From Macrostomum lignano (lineage: Eukaryota): DNA of 64,000 bases. The position numbers and the translations under genes are program-made. Shown here piece after piece: positions 1 through 12,100 of this stretch (within the stretch, counting starts at the first letter, position 1; the number at the start of each line of letters is the position of its first letter). The notes beneath the pieces are model-generated. The model was not told the origin of the DNA. It worked only from the letters and a program-made list of their open reading frames with translations, and made no database searches. Location of the stretch: positions 1 through 64,000 of the forward strand of contig NIVC01000776.1 in the NCBI GenBank assembly GCA_002269645.1, written 5' to 3'.

Positions 1-800
1 GACCGCAGTAGTGTGACCGCAGTAGTGTGACCCTGCAGTAGTGTGACTCCAGTAGTGTGACCGCAGTAGTGTGACTCCAGTAGTGTGACCCTGCAGTAGT
101 GTGACTCCAGTAGTGTGACCCCAGTAGTGTGACCCTGCAGTAGTGTGACTCCAGTAGTGTGACCCCAGTAGTGTGACCCCAGTAGTGTGACCGCAGTAGT
201 GACCGCAGTAGTGTGACCGCAGTAGTGTGACCGCAGTAGTGTGACCCTGCAGTAGTGTGACGCAGTAGTGTGACCTGCAGTAGTGTGACCGCAGTAGTGT
301 GACCGCAGTAGTGTGACCGCAGTAGTGTGACCCTGCAGTAGTGTGACCCTGCAGTAGTGTGACCCTGCAGTAGTGTGACCGCAGTAGTGTGACCCTGCAG
401 TAGTGTGACCGCAGTAGTGTGACCCTGCAGTAGTGTGACTCCAGTAGTGTGACCGCAGTAGTGTGACCGCAGTAGTGTGACTCCAGTAGTGTGACCCTGC
501 AGTAGTGTGACTCCAGTAGTGTGACCCCAGTAGTGTGACCCTGCAGTAGTGTGACTCCAGTAGTGTGACCCCAGTAGTGTGACCAGTAGTGTGACCCAGT
601 AGTGTGACCCCAGTAGTGTGACCCAGTAGTGTGACCCAGTAGTGTGACCAGTAGTGTGACCCAGTAGTGTGACCCAGTAGTGTGACCCCAGTAGTGACCC
701 CAGTAGTGTGACCCCAGTAGTGTGACCCCAGTAGTGTGACCCCAGTAGTGGTCCCAGTAGTGTCAACCCAGTAGTGACCCCAGTAGTGTTACCCAGTAGC
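1..800. repeat. Minisatellite, 14-16 nt unit CAGTAGTGTGACC(C/G); probably intronic in the anoctamin gene
   Basis: Tandem copies visible from the window start; coordinates approximate. Confidence 0.95.
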
Positions 801-1217
801 CAGAAAATTCAAGACTCCTGACCCTTTATAGAGTCAATTCATACCCTAGTAGTACTTTATAGCACGGACCCTCTGAGTCTTGCGCTATAGTTCCATGGGT
901 TCGATTCCGCGCTCACGGCCGCATCAGCTATTTGGCTAGGAGCTTACATTTAAGTGTGATTCTTGCCTATCAGGTGGCCGCTGTACATGCGTGCATGATT
1001 AAGGTTTTGTGATGGGACTAATTGAAAACAGAATATTTTTACTCTTAACAGGATTTATGTGCGCTAATTTCATTATTTAATGTACTTTGCCTGTATTTCT
1101 ACTATAAATAGAGTAGCGAAAACATTCTTTGATAAATAATTTCTCTTAACAGCGAAAATCAACGCAATTAGTATGGCTGTTTTTGCCTCCTCGCTGGCTG
1201 CCAGTAGCGACCGACTA

Positions 1218-1220
<3 letters not shown>

Positions 1221-1282
<62 letters not shown>
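1221..1282. repeat. (TG)n microsatellite
   Basis: About 30 TG dinucleotides just upstream of the splice acceptor at 1346. Confidence 0.97.
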
Positions 1283-1285
<3 letters not shown>

Positions 1286-1346
1286 ATGTATGCGTGTGAG
1301 TGAGGTTGAATTCGCAGTCCGTTTCATTTTCCCGCACCGTTCGCAG

Positions 1347-2301
1347 GTGGAGCTGGTGATCCAGATGCTGGTGGTCTTCGTGGTCAAGCAGCTGCTGAGC
1401 ATGGCCACCGAGATGGGCCTGCCGACGGTCAAGCGCCTCATCGTTCAGCGGATGCGGGCTAAAAATCTGTAGGCAGCCGAGCTGCAAGCCGGCAAGCAGC
1501 GGCCGCCGCAGCCGCAGTGGGAGGAGGACTGGGCCCTCGCGCCCAGTAGAAAGCTGCACCTGTTTGACGAGTACCTGGAGATGGTGCTGCAGTTCGGCTT
1601 CCTCACCCTGTTCATGGCCGCCATGCCGTTGGCGCCAATGTTTGCACTGCTGAATAATGTGATGGTGAGCTCGTTAGGGCCTCAGGGATGCTCAGGGGGT
1701 CAGTGGAATCCCTCGACTAATTATCGGGTCCTGGCCGGTGTTCAACCCGCAGGAACTGCGTCTCGACGCCTGGAAGATGCTCCGCCTGATGCGCCGTCCG
1801 CTGGCCCGCCGCGCCAGCGACATCGGAGCCTGGGAGCAGATCCTGTCCTCCCTCGGTGCCCTATCGCTGGTCACCAATGCCGTGGTGGTCGGGTTCACCT
1901 CTGAGCAGGTGCCGCGCCTCGTCTACCGGCTGACGGCCAGCAACGGCAGCTTCGACGGCTACATCGAGTGGCGCCTGTCCAGCTTCAACACCGCCGACTT
2001 TGAGGCCGCCTCGCAGGTGGCGAACTCCAGCGAGGCCATCTGCTACTACCGCGACTTCCGCCAGCCGGAGCCGCCGTACAACTGGCGACCGGAGCACTGG
2101 CACGTGCTGGCCGCCCGGCTGTCCTTCGTGCTGGTGTTTGAACATCTGGTGCTGGCGCTGCGAGCTCTGGTCATGCGCCTGGTGCCCAGGGTGCCGGCCG
2201 GCGTGCGGCGTGAAATTCGGCGCGAGCGGCGTTTCCTACGAAAAGCGCTGTTCCGCCAGATGCACCAGGCGGAGAGTAAGGAGGCAGAGGCTGCAGTTTG
2301 A
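1347..2301 (+). CDS. Anoctamin/TMEM16 family protein, last two exons (1347-1664, 1753-2301); in-frame TAG at 1470-1472
   Basis: Acceptor TCGCAG at 1346, donor GTGAG at 1665, acceptor CCGCAG at 1752. Translation shows anoctamin motifs [48 protein letters not shown] and [14 protein letters not shown]. The 5' exons lie outside the window. Confidence 0.9.
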
Positions 2302-2359
2302 GCTGTGGACTGTTTTAAAATCATAACTACGAGCTATTTTGATTCGCTGAGTACTTTAG

Positions 2360-2705
2360 AGCTTAAACCATAGACTTTTGAGCCATAGTCTATTTTGAGC
2401 CATATATAATATCTTGACCCATAGAGTATCTTGAGCCATAGAGTATCTTAAACCATTGATTATTTTGAGGCATAGAAAAACTTGAGCCATTGTCTATTTT
2501 GGGCCATAGACTATTTTGAGCCATAGAGTATCTTGGGCCATAGAGTATCTTGAGCCATGCATAGAGTATCTTGGGCCATATAGACTATTTTGAGCCATAA
2601 AGTATCTTGAGCCATTGACTATCTTGAACCATAGATTATTTTGAGCTATCCCGGGACTACATGTATTTTGAGCCATATTTTTTGAGTCACAATCTTCAGC
2701 CATAG
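2360..2705. repeat. Degenerate ~17-18 nt tandem repeat (TCTTGAGCCATAGA core)
   Basis: Repeated TTGAGCCATAGA motif downstream of the anoctamin stop. Confidence 0.85.
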
Positions 2706-4954
2706 GCTACGAGTATTTCAAACTAAACTTGCACAGTGGATCAGTTGCCTACGCCATAGAAATGTTCATCGTGTATTTTGATTTGGCTGCCAAAAAGTTA
2801 GTAATTTGCCACTGTTCCTTGTGCATTTATAATTGACTGATTCTGATTGATATAATGCTCCTAGAAGAAATCTATCCTGCATTCTGATATGAGCGGCGCA
2901 GAAGCAAAAGATTTTCGTTAAATAATTACTGATTTGTTTTTGTATATAACAGGTGTACCTGTGCGCGAATTGCCAAATTATTGAAAGCAACATGCATCAA
3001 GCTGCTTGCTTATGCTTTCTGTGTCTAAGCGCATGTTCTCTTTAGGAACCTGAGCTTATTGCACAATGCCCAGTAGTGAATCCAACTGCGTGCCATTGTA
3101 CTAACACAGCTTTGCCTTTTACAAGCCATTATTTTTATAGAATTTAACTTCCATTTTATCTCAAAAATTGTTGCTCAGATTTTTGCAAGTTTTGCCACAA
3201 CAGCTTTAGCTTTATTTTATTTATCCACATTTCATATCTAATAACTGTTTTTCATTTTACAAATTTAACTGTGATATGTAGATCAGGGCCGCTGTTATAC
3301 TTAGGCTCAGGGGTCAGCTGGAAGTACTAAGAATCATATTTTTGCCAATCATTAAATACACTGACACTTGTGCTTATAGCCATTCAAAATTTACATTGAT
3401 ATATTATACCGCATACTCGTATGTAGGCTCTTAAAATGACGATTTTATCGCTTGTTTTTGTTTAAACATTAATCAAGACAATTTTTTGGCATTACGCTCG
3501 TGTTTTAGCGAATTTAGTAGAGAAATCAGCACGTAGCAAATCTGCCAGAAACTTTCTCAATCTACTTTATCAGACTGGCACCCCTTGGTAGTTCAAATTT
3601 TAACCATCTGGTGGTTATCTGGTGTCACCCTTAAAGGTGCCGATGGCGTCGGGTGATGACAGAATGCTTGAAAGACTATAACTTAAAAGGTGATCGTTTG
3701 CCTACTGCCGAGGCTTGATCAGAAACATTAGAAACATTCGCAACAGGGTTCCATGGTCACTTGGTGTCACCTGTTGAAGGTCGAGAAGTTCCGACAGGGT
3801 GAATATACCAGCGACCAACGAAGTCAGAGCTGATGCAGACACACGTGGTCGACCTTATAAATTTGGAGGCTTGGCAAGGCCGCACTGAGGCGCAGTGCTG
3901 ATTGCCGCACAGGGGTGTACTGAATACACTGGCGCTTATGGGAAAAATCCGACCTTTTAGCAGAATCGTTGAATACCTCGACGGTCCGCAGGGTTGACGA
4001 CTTGATTCTTGCTTGAGAAGATGAGCAACAAAAAGTCAGTCCGTGTTCTTGAATTTCGTGCGCCTGCGTTGCTCTGTTCCGGCGCAGCAAAAACTTTTCA
4101 GAAGGGGAGGGGAATCCCCGCCCTCCAGTACTTCAAGTACATGTAGTTCGAAAGGCGGAACTCATGGTCACGGAATACATACGCTCGTACAGAAATCTAA
4201 ATTAGAATCTGTAGATATTCGGCATTGCAGAGTCGCAGCTCTAAAAGAGGAAAAGCATCGAACTAAGCACTACTGGCAAAGTTTCAGGGGTGCCTCGAGA
4301 AGCAGCACGAAAGCACGGTCTGTGCAGTTGATGTACTTGAGCATCAATCTGTGACAGCAATAACCAAAGCAATTGAAATGCAGCACAATCCACTGTAGCA
4401 TAACAGCAATAGAGAGCAGGAGAATGGAGGGAATCCACTGTTAAAATCGACCTAGAAGCGAATCCCTTCAACATAGTACTTAAAGTAATATAGTTGCAAT
4501 AAAATTGGATAAATTTGTTCGAATTAAAGCCAGCGCGAAACAGTCGGGTTCATATATAAACTGGTATATAAACAGGTTAAAGGCACAATCAGCATTAAGA
4601 AGACAACTCAATTAAAAATGCACAATCGGATAGCTCGCCTATCAACTCAGCCTTGTTCGATAATAAATCACAAAAAACTAAACACATCAGCACCACCGAC
4701 AAAGGGGCAGACATTGATAGGGCTGTGGCAACGAAATAAAAGTACAAAACGAACAAAACGCTGGAAGGATAAGGGGAGAGTAGTGAGAAAGGGGTGAGGG
4801 GAGGAGGGAGAGGCGATGGAGAGCAGGAGAGGTAGAGGGGCCCACATTACGGCTCCACTGGCACCAAGACTTTAAATTCCAAGAGAATGAAAGATTTTGA
4901 GCACAGCTGCAGTTGGCACAGAGTTTCGTTAGAGAACAGAGACTGAGCAAGCAG

Positions 4955-5377
4955 TCAGACATTGGCGGCAGCGGCTACGGCGGCGGCATAGTTCGGCGGT
5001 GGCTGGTCGTCATCGTCTGGATGGCCGCCGCTGCCGCCTCTGTCGCCGACAATCTCGCTGTAGGCGGGCGGCAGGTAGGCGGGGTGCAGCTGAGACACGT
5101 GAGGCGCGGCGAGCTCAGTCTGCGCCGCCTGATTGGCAATCCGGCTGTGCCGCTCGCCCATCCGGGCCTGGTAAGTCCGGTCCGCGAATATCACGTGACT
5201 GTAGAGGTGGCCGGTCTGGTCCGGCTGGTAGTCGCTGAACGGAGCTGGCGGACGGCGGCGGCGGCGGCGGCGGCGGGTGTGGCGGGAGCAGAGGCTGCAC
5301 AAGACGAGACAGGTGAGCACAGCCATGGCGGCCAGGATGGCGAGCATGCAGAGGATCCAGGTCCAGGCGGACGCCAT
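4955..5377 (-). CDS. 140-aa single-pass membrane protein with two PPxY motifs (candidate WW-domain/Nedd4 adaptor)
   Basis: ATG-initiated GC-rich ORF: N-terminal hydrophobic helix (WILCMLAILAAMAVLTCLVLCSLC), then a poly-Arg run, then LPPAY and PPPNY. Confidence 0.7.
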   Translation of the reverse strand: MASAWTWILCMLAILAAMAVLTCLVLCSLCSRHTRRRRRRRRPPAPFSDYQPDQTGHLYSHVIFADRTYQARMGERHSRIANQAAQTELAAPHVSQLHPAYLPPAYSEIVGDRGGSGGHPDDDDQPPPNYAAAVAAAANV

Positions 5378-5787
5378 GAAACGGAACCGCCCGGCAGTTC
5401 GGCTTCAAAAAGCAGCAACGGATCTCTGCTTCTATGCTTTAATTCTGCGGGCTGCGAGGCTGTCGAAAGACGATGGGTGCCGGATAAGCAAGCAAATTTC
5501 TTGCTCCATATGCTTAGCTTGCTACTCGTTAGTAGGCGATCTTCTCCATATAATTTGGGGTTTTAAACGTCAAATAACAACTGATAGAAGTCTTGAAACC
5601 CCTCAGACTCAAATAGCTCTCAGATATGTTAAATTAAAATGAAGTCAGTAACAAAGCTGGATGCCTGAAGCAGCAGTGCCTGAGCACTTAGCAAAATATT
5701 TATTTATTATGAAATAAGCCTTAATGGCCTGCATTTCTCACGTATAAAAATTACTAAGCTACGTCAAGAATCAAGCCAGAACCGGAA

Positions 5788-7660
5788 CTAGGAGGCCAGC
5801 CGCAGCATGAACGGCTGCTTCCAGCAGCGCAGCACAATCCTGTAGCTGCCAGTCGGCAGCACCCGACCGTGCAGCAGCCGCACCTGCTTCACCATCGCCA
5901 GGTCGTCTTGAAAGCTCATCGCTATAGACACCGAGTCGCCTATGCCGCAGGCGGCGCCTTTCTTTATAGTCTTCTGCCCGTTGATGTACATGCGGCCCAG
6001 CAGGCAGAGCTGGTCCACCTTGGACTTGGACAGGCCGGTGCCTAAGCTGGCCAGCTTGGCTGCGCGCAGGCTTTTGCAGGTGAAAGACTGCACCTGCGGA
6101 GTGGTGCAACGGGCCATTTAGTATGAGGGATTTAGGGCTGCTAAACATAGACCGTTGCGTGTTTGTACACACCGAAGCACTCTCTCAGGCCCCTCAGAGT
6201 GCAGATACCCCAGTACCTGCACACTGCAGAGCATGACATGAGAGCAGGGGTATCCGCACACTGCAGAGCATGTCATGAGAGCAGGGGCATCCGCACACTG
6301 CAGAGCATGACATGAGAGCAGGGGCATCCGAACACTGCAGAGCATGACATGAGAGCAGGGGCATCCGAACACTGCAGAGCATGACATGAGAGCAGGGGTA
6401 TCCGCACACTGCAGAGCATGACATGAGAGCAGGGGCATCCGCACACTGCAGAGCATGACATGAGAGCAGGGGCATCCGCACACTGCAGAGCATGACATGA
6501 GAGCAGGGGCATCCGAACACTGCAGAGCATGACATGAGAGCAGGGGCATCCGAACACTGCAGAGCATGACATGAGAGCAGGGGCATCCGAACACTGCAGA
6601 GCATGACATGAGAGCAGGGGCATCCGAACACTGCAGAGCATGACATGAGAGCAGGGGCATCCGAACACTGCAGAGCATGACATGAGAGCAGGGGCATCCG
6701 AACACTGCAGAGCATGACATGAGAGCAGGGGCATCCGAACACTGCAGAGCATGACATGAGAGCAGGGGCATCCGAACACTGCAGAGCATGACATGAGAGC
6801 AGGGGCATCCGAACACTGCAGAGCATGACATGAGAGCAGGGGCATCCGAACACTGCAGAGCATGACATGAGAGCAGGGGCATCCGAACACTGCAGAGCAT
6901 GACATGAGAGCAGGGGCATCCGAACACTGCAGAGCATGACATGAGAGCAGGGGCATCCGAACACTGCAGAGCATGACATGAGAGCAGGGGCATCCGCACA
7001 CTGCAGAGCATATCATGAGAGCAGGGGCATCCGAACACTGCAGAGCATGACATGAGAGCAGGGGCATCCGCACACTGCAGAGCATATCATGAGAGCAGGG
7101 GCATCCGCACACTGCAGAGCATGACATGAGAGCAGGGGCATCCGCACATTAAAGTCGGTCTAATGCTAAGGTGCAGTTCAGATCCCAATCGATGGTGAGT
7201 GACGCCACCAAGCCGCTGTCCCAATCCCAACTCCACAGACATGCTGCGCACACCTTGAATTTGTCGCACAGGCTGACATCGCTGGCATAGAACGGATCGC
7301 TCAGTTCGTCAAACTCCGTGTCGGCATCGCTGCCAGCCTCATCCTCATCATCAGATTCCTCATCATCATCTGTTGCTGCTTGACTGGAAGGCGAGTGGCC
7401 AGCCCGGCCCTTTGTTGAGGAGTGCCTGGACTTCAAGCGGCACTGCTGCCAACGCAGCGGCTGTAGAGGCAGTGACGAAGGTCCAGGCAGAGGGTGCTGA
7501 AGCAATGGCGGCAGGGCCAGTGAGTGCAGCTGTTGCTGGGCTCTTGAAGCAGCAATGGCAGTGGCAGGCTGGCCACGAGCAGCCAATGTGGGCAGCAGAC
7601 GGCCCAGATAGCAAAAGCAAAGCAGCAGTTGGAGTTGACCATTGAAGACAAAATCAATAT
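5788..7660 (-). CDS. MTRES1: MTRES1 (C6orf203)-like mitochondrial S4-domain RNA-binding protein; exons 7660-7254 and 6093-5788; start codon unresolved
   Basis: Donor GTGTGC at 7253 and acceptor CCGCAG at 6094 join in frame (..DKFK|VQSF..). Order is: basic targeting-like peptide ending RLKS, acidic tract (DDDEESDDEDE), S4-like domain (GTGLSKSKVD..GRMYING-K..K..GD) and terminal YRIVLRCWK. This is the architecture I recall for MTRES1. Confidence 0.75.
6215..7148. repeat. 38-nt minisatellite in the MTRES1-like intron (~24 copies)
   Basis: Unit GCATCCGAACACTGCAGAGCATGACATGAGAGCAGGGG; explains the Cys-rich repetitive ORFs in the track. Confidence 0.97.
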
Positions 7661-8168
7661 CTGACAATAATAAATTAATTAGGTCATTATGAGTAGGGCA
7701 AACAGTGTTGCAATGGCAGTGAAGTCTGCAATTAACATTAATTCAACACTAGTCTTTAATAGCCAACAGGCTCTAGCAGAACACAGCTAGTCAGTGGCAG
7801 TTCCAGTGGACAAGTGGGTCATGGCCTCACCCTCAGCTGGGGCAAAAAGTTTTTTATAACTTTTTACTTCTAATACTACTGCTAGAAAGGCTTATGAGTA
7901 GTATAGATTGGCACCTAAAATATTTTAAATTTATATCTATACTACAGCTTATTTAAAAAATCTTGAGGATATTAACAATTAATAATGAAGCTTAATATAA
8001 TAAATTTGCTGATTTCATCTTAATTTTTTTATATTAAAGTCAATGGTTATTGGGATATATTGATTGCCACATTGCTTTATTGTTGCCACATTGGTAGCAA
8101 AAGCATTTATAAAATGGCATATAAGATAAAGTACTAGCAATCTTCGCCCCCCGATGGGGGACATCTGG

Positions 8169-8567
8169 ATAGAATCTCTGTTCTCTACACGGATCAAAAA
8201 GACAGCCAAATAAAGCCTTCACAAAGACAATAGACAAACTGCTCAAATGAAGAGCAATGCGAAAAGAAAACATCCCAAGACAGCATGCAAGCATCCCCCC
8301 CAGATAGCAAGCACCCCCAGATAGCAAGCATCCACCTAATAGCAAGCACCCCCAGATAGCAGGCACCCCCAGATAGCAAGCATCCACCTAATAGCAAGCA
8401 CCCCCAGATAGCAGGCACCCCCAGATAGCAAGCATCCACCTAATAGCAAGTATCGATCCTTATAGCAAGCATCCACCAGACAATAAGTAGCTAGTGCAAC
8501 AATTTCCTTAGCTATAGTGGCTCCTTTATGATTGGCATGACGCTTCTTTTTACGTTTGAAATGGTGT
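8169..8567. repeat. Composite satellite, left part (unique segment plus 17-18 nt CCCCAGATAGCAAGCAC repeats), interrupted by the LTR element
   Basis: 8169-8560 aligns by eye with about 13704-14155, with scattered substitutions. Confidence 0.85.
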
Positions 8568-8843
8568 TGTGATGAATTAAGATTGAGACGAAGCGATTGA
8601 ATTGGCTTGAGCCGCAAGTTGTAAACAGCGTTTCTTAACTGACGCGTTGGTCCTTTATATTGTATTATAGAACTGAGTACATGTAGTTAGGACGAACGAT
8701 GTACATTGCGAAGAAGTACTGTACGTATAAACAGAAATCGATCAGTTCAGTGGAGGGGGAGGGTCTATAGTGGTAAGCTAAAATTGAGCAGCCAAACGCA
8801 CAAAGCAGTATAGTTCAAATCGGTATAAGACAGCCAATTCACA
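8568..8843 (-). repeat. 3' LTR (276 bp)
   Basis: Identical by eye to 13134-13409; preceded on the minus strand by the PPT. Confidence 0.95.
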
Positions 8844-9155
8844 CTTCCTCCCCCAAGGGGAAGTGGGATCAATGAGATGAATTTTTACGAAAAGCGAATC
8901 GACGAAAGCGTACATGTAGTATTGTAGTATTGGAAAACAATCGAATTAGCAAACACCATTGCAGAGCAGATAAAAAGTAAGGAAATAAAATTGTGTCGAA
9001 CAAAATAGCGAAATATTGCATTGTCGAAAACTAGAATTAGTAGTGAATCAATAATTTGTATTGGAGAAACATACGTAATAATGGGTTGCATGAAAGACAG
9101 GAGAATTTGCGAAAAGTCAGTTCAAGATCATTGTCAGCTTCCGCACAGTCACTTA

Positions 9156-12100
9156 TCACACCCCCACTTGAAGTCGCTCTGGACATGACCGAATTCGAGG
9201 CGGGTATCGTCGGGTCGCACCCTCTGGCAACTGGTCAGGTACGTCCGCGTCCGCGGCTGCCGCCTTGTCTGCCGGGCCTGTGGGGACCGCGGCTCTTTCC
9301 TCCGATGGTGGCTGGATAGCGGGCTCGGAGACAGCCGCGGGGCTCAGAACATCTAGAGCCGGAGGCGCCGACGATGGAGTCGAGATGCTGGTGCCGAGGT
9401 GTTGAGAGTCAGCGGCGGATGGCGGAGGCTGCGCCGAATCAGGCAGCATCTGGTCAACGTGCCGCCGGACGATGCTGGTGCCAACTCGAACATCGTAGTT
9501 CCGTTGCGACGCCGCGACGACCACTCCAGGCAGCCAGCCGGATTCCTTGCCGAATCCTTTCACTCGAACATTGTCGCCGATCCCGAAGAACCGGGTGCGG
9601 CGCTGGGACTCAGCGGCAGCCTCTTGCCGATCGCGCACTTGGTCTACTAGAGATGGCCGCAGAAGGTCCAGTCTGGAGCGCAGCCGACGTCCCAGAAGCA
9701 GTTCGCTGGGAGAGGTGCCTGTAGTCGAATGCGGCGTTACCCTGTAGGCGAAGAGAAAGCGTTGCAAAGCAGCGGCGGAGTGACCGGATTTCCTGATGTG
9801 CAGCTTCAGTGTTTGTACAAATCTTTCAGCTTGACCGTTCGTAGCAGGATGGTAAGGCGCTGACGTGACATGCCGAATGCCGTTGCTGCGTGTAAAGCTT
9901 GCGAATTCCCTGGAAATGAATTGAGGCCCGTTGTCGGAGACAATAATTCTTGGTAGGCCCAGACGGCTGAAGATTTCACAGAGATGTGCGATGGTGCTGT
10001 CTGCTGAAGTATCCTTGACTAGACGAACCTCGGGCCATTTGCTGTGAGCGTCCATGATGACCAGGTAGACTCGCCCATTAACAGGACCAGCAAAGTCCAA
10101 GTGAATTCTGCTCCAAGGTTCGCTGGGAAATATCCAAGGATGCACCGGAGCTTTGGCTGGATCAGACTGGTGAGCCTTGCAGGTTTCGCAGGTTCTAGCC
10201 AACTGCTCCAAGTCCTTGTCCAGCCCTGGCCACCAAACAAAACTGCGTGCCAGGGCTTTCATGCGACTGGCACCGGTGTGAGCCAAATGGAGTTCCTGTA
10301 GGACGGCCTTGCGCAGGGACTCCGGGATTATAACGCGAGTCCCCCAGAGTAAGCAGCCGGCTTCGATGGTCATCTCGTTTTGCTGATGAGCGAACTCTGG
10401 AAATTCTTTGCCGGATAGTCGCTCTCCGGATTGCAGAAGGCGAAGCAGCTTGGACAGTATAGGGTCAGCCAGAGTTGCTTTGGCGACCAAAGCCGCAGTC
10501 ACAGCAATGGAAGAGTCCTCCTCGAGCGTGAGCGAGTGCACCGCCTCTTCTTCAATAAAGTTTCCTTTTAGAGGCAATCGAGAAAGAGAGTCGCAATTGC
10601 TGTGCTTCTGGGTGGGCCTGAACTCCATGGCGTACCGGTATCCAGATAGACGGATGGCCCATCGCTGCATCCTGGCAGCCGCACGTGTCGGAATCTCTTT
10701 GTCTGGGCCCAGCAATCCCAGCAGAGGCTGATGGTCAGTGACAATCGTAAAGTGCCGCCCATAGAGGAATTGGTGGAAGCGTTGGACACCGTAGATTATG
10801 GCTAGTGCCTCCTTATCTAGCTGAGAATAGTTTCGCTGGGCTGAAGTCAGCGACTTGCTAGCAAATGCGATCGCGTGATCCTGACCGCCCACCCGGTGAC
10901 TGAGAACCACGCCAATGCCGTACGCGGAAGCGTCGCACTCGAGACGAATCGGCAGATTTGGGTCAAAGTGCATCAGAGCTTTTGATTCGAGCAGCATTCG
11001 CTTCGATGCTTGGAAGGCTTCGTTCTCGCGGTCGCTCCAAAGCCAGCTGACGCCCTTCGACAAGAGCTGATTAAGCGGCGCCACGACTGATGCCAAATTG
11101 GGAAGAAACTTGGCGTAATGCGTCAGCATTCCCAGATAGGATCGCAGCTGAGATACGTCTTTCGGAGCCGGCGCGTTCTGAACGGCGTCGACCTTGCTCT
11201 CGAGCGGCCGCAGCCCGTGTTGGTCAATTCGGTGGCCCAGATAGTCGATGGAGTCTTGGAAGAAAGCACACTTGGCGACGTTGAGACGCAGTCCGGCCTC
11301 TTGAAGCTTGTGCAGGACTTGCAGCAGATTTTCTTTGTGAGCCGCCTGTGAAGACCCGGTAACCAGGATGTCGTCCTGATAAACCTGGACGCCGTTGAGA
11401 TGCCCGAGCAGACTGTCAAGGAGGCGTTGAAAAATTGCACTGGCCGAGCAGATACCGAATGGCAGGCGGTTCACCTTGAACAGTCCACGTTGAGTGTTGA
11501 TAACGAGGTACTGTTTGCTGTCTTCTGATATTGGGAGCTGCAGAAATGCCTTTGCCAGGTCGAGTTTGCTCCATTTGTGGCCGCCACCCAGTCTCGCAAA
11601 TAAATCTTCGATCCTCGGCAGCGGGTAGTGCTCTTGCTTTGCGACCTGATTGAATGTGCACTTGTAATCTCCGCAGATTCGTACAGACCCGTTCTTCTTT
11701 ACTACTGGCACAATCGGGGCAGCCCATTGAGAAGTCGCTATTGGAGTGATGACCCCTTCTGATTCCATGCGCTGAAGCTCTAAATCGACGGTCTCACGCA
11801 GAGCATAGGGAATCGGTCGCGCCTTGTAAAACCTTGGCGTAGCATTTTCTTGTAAATGAAGGTCGACTTCACTGAGGCGATACTTACCGAGACCCTCGGC
11901 GAAGACATCCGGAAACTGACGGACCAGCTCAGTAGCCATATCGTTAGGTGCTGCGATCAACGAGTTGACGGGTGCTGTCAAGCGAGGCCAGTCTAGGCGG
12001 ATGACGGTTAGCCAGTTGCGTCCCAGGAGTCGAGCGCTGCCTTCAGACACCACGAGTAGCGGCAGAGAAGCTTCCTGCCCTTCGTAAGTGACCTTCACTG

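Noticed and set aside
895-912. GGTTCGATTCC B-box-like motif
   Set aside because: No cloverleaf or matching A-box could be built around it.
3600-4480. Moderate-GC segment that might be a transposase relic
   Set aside because: Stops in all frames examined and no motif recognised; it would need a BLASTX search.
6118-7127. Three long Cys-rich ORFs (metallothionein- or keratin-like appearance)
   Set aside because: They are translations of the 38-nt intronic minisatellite inside the MTRES1-like gene.
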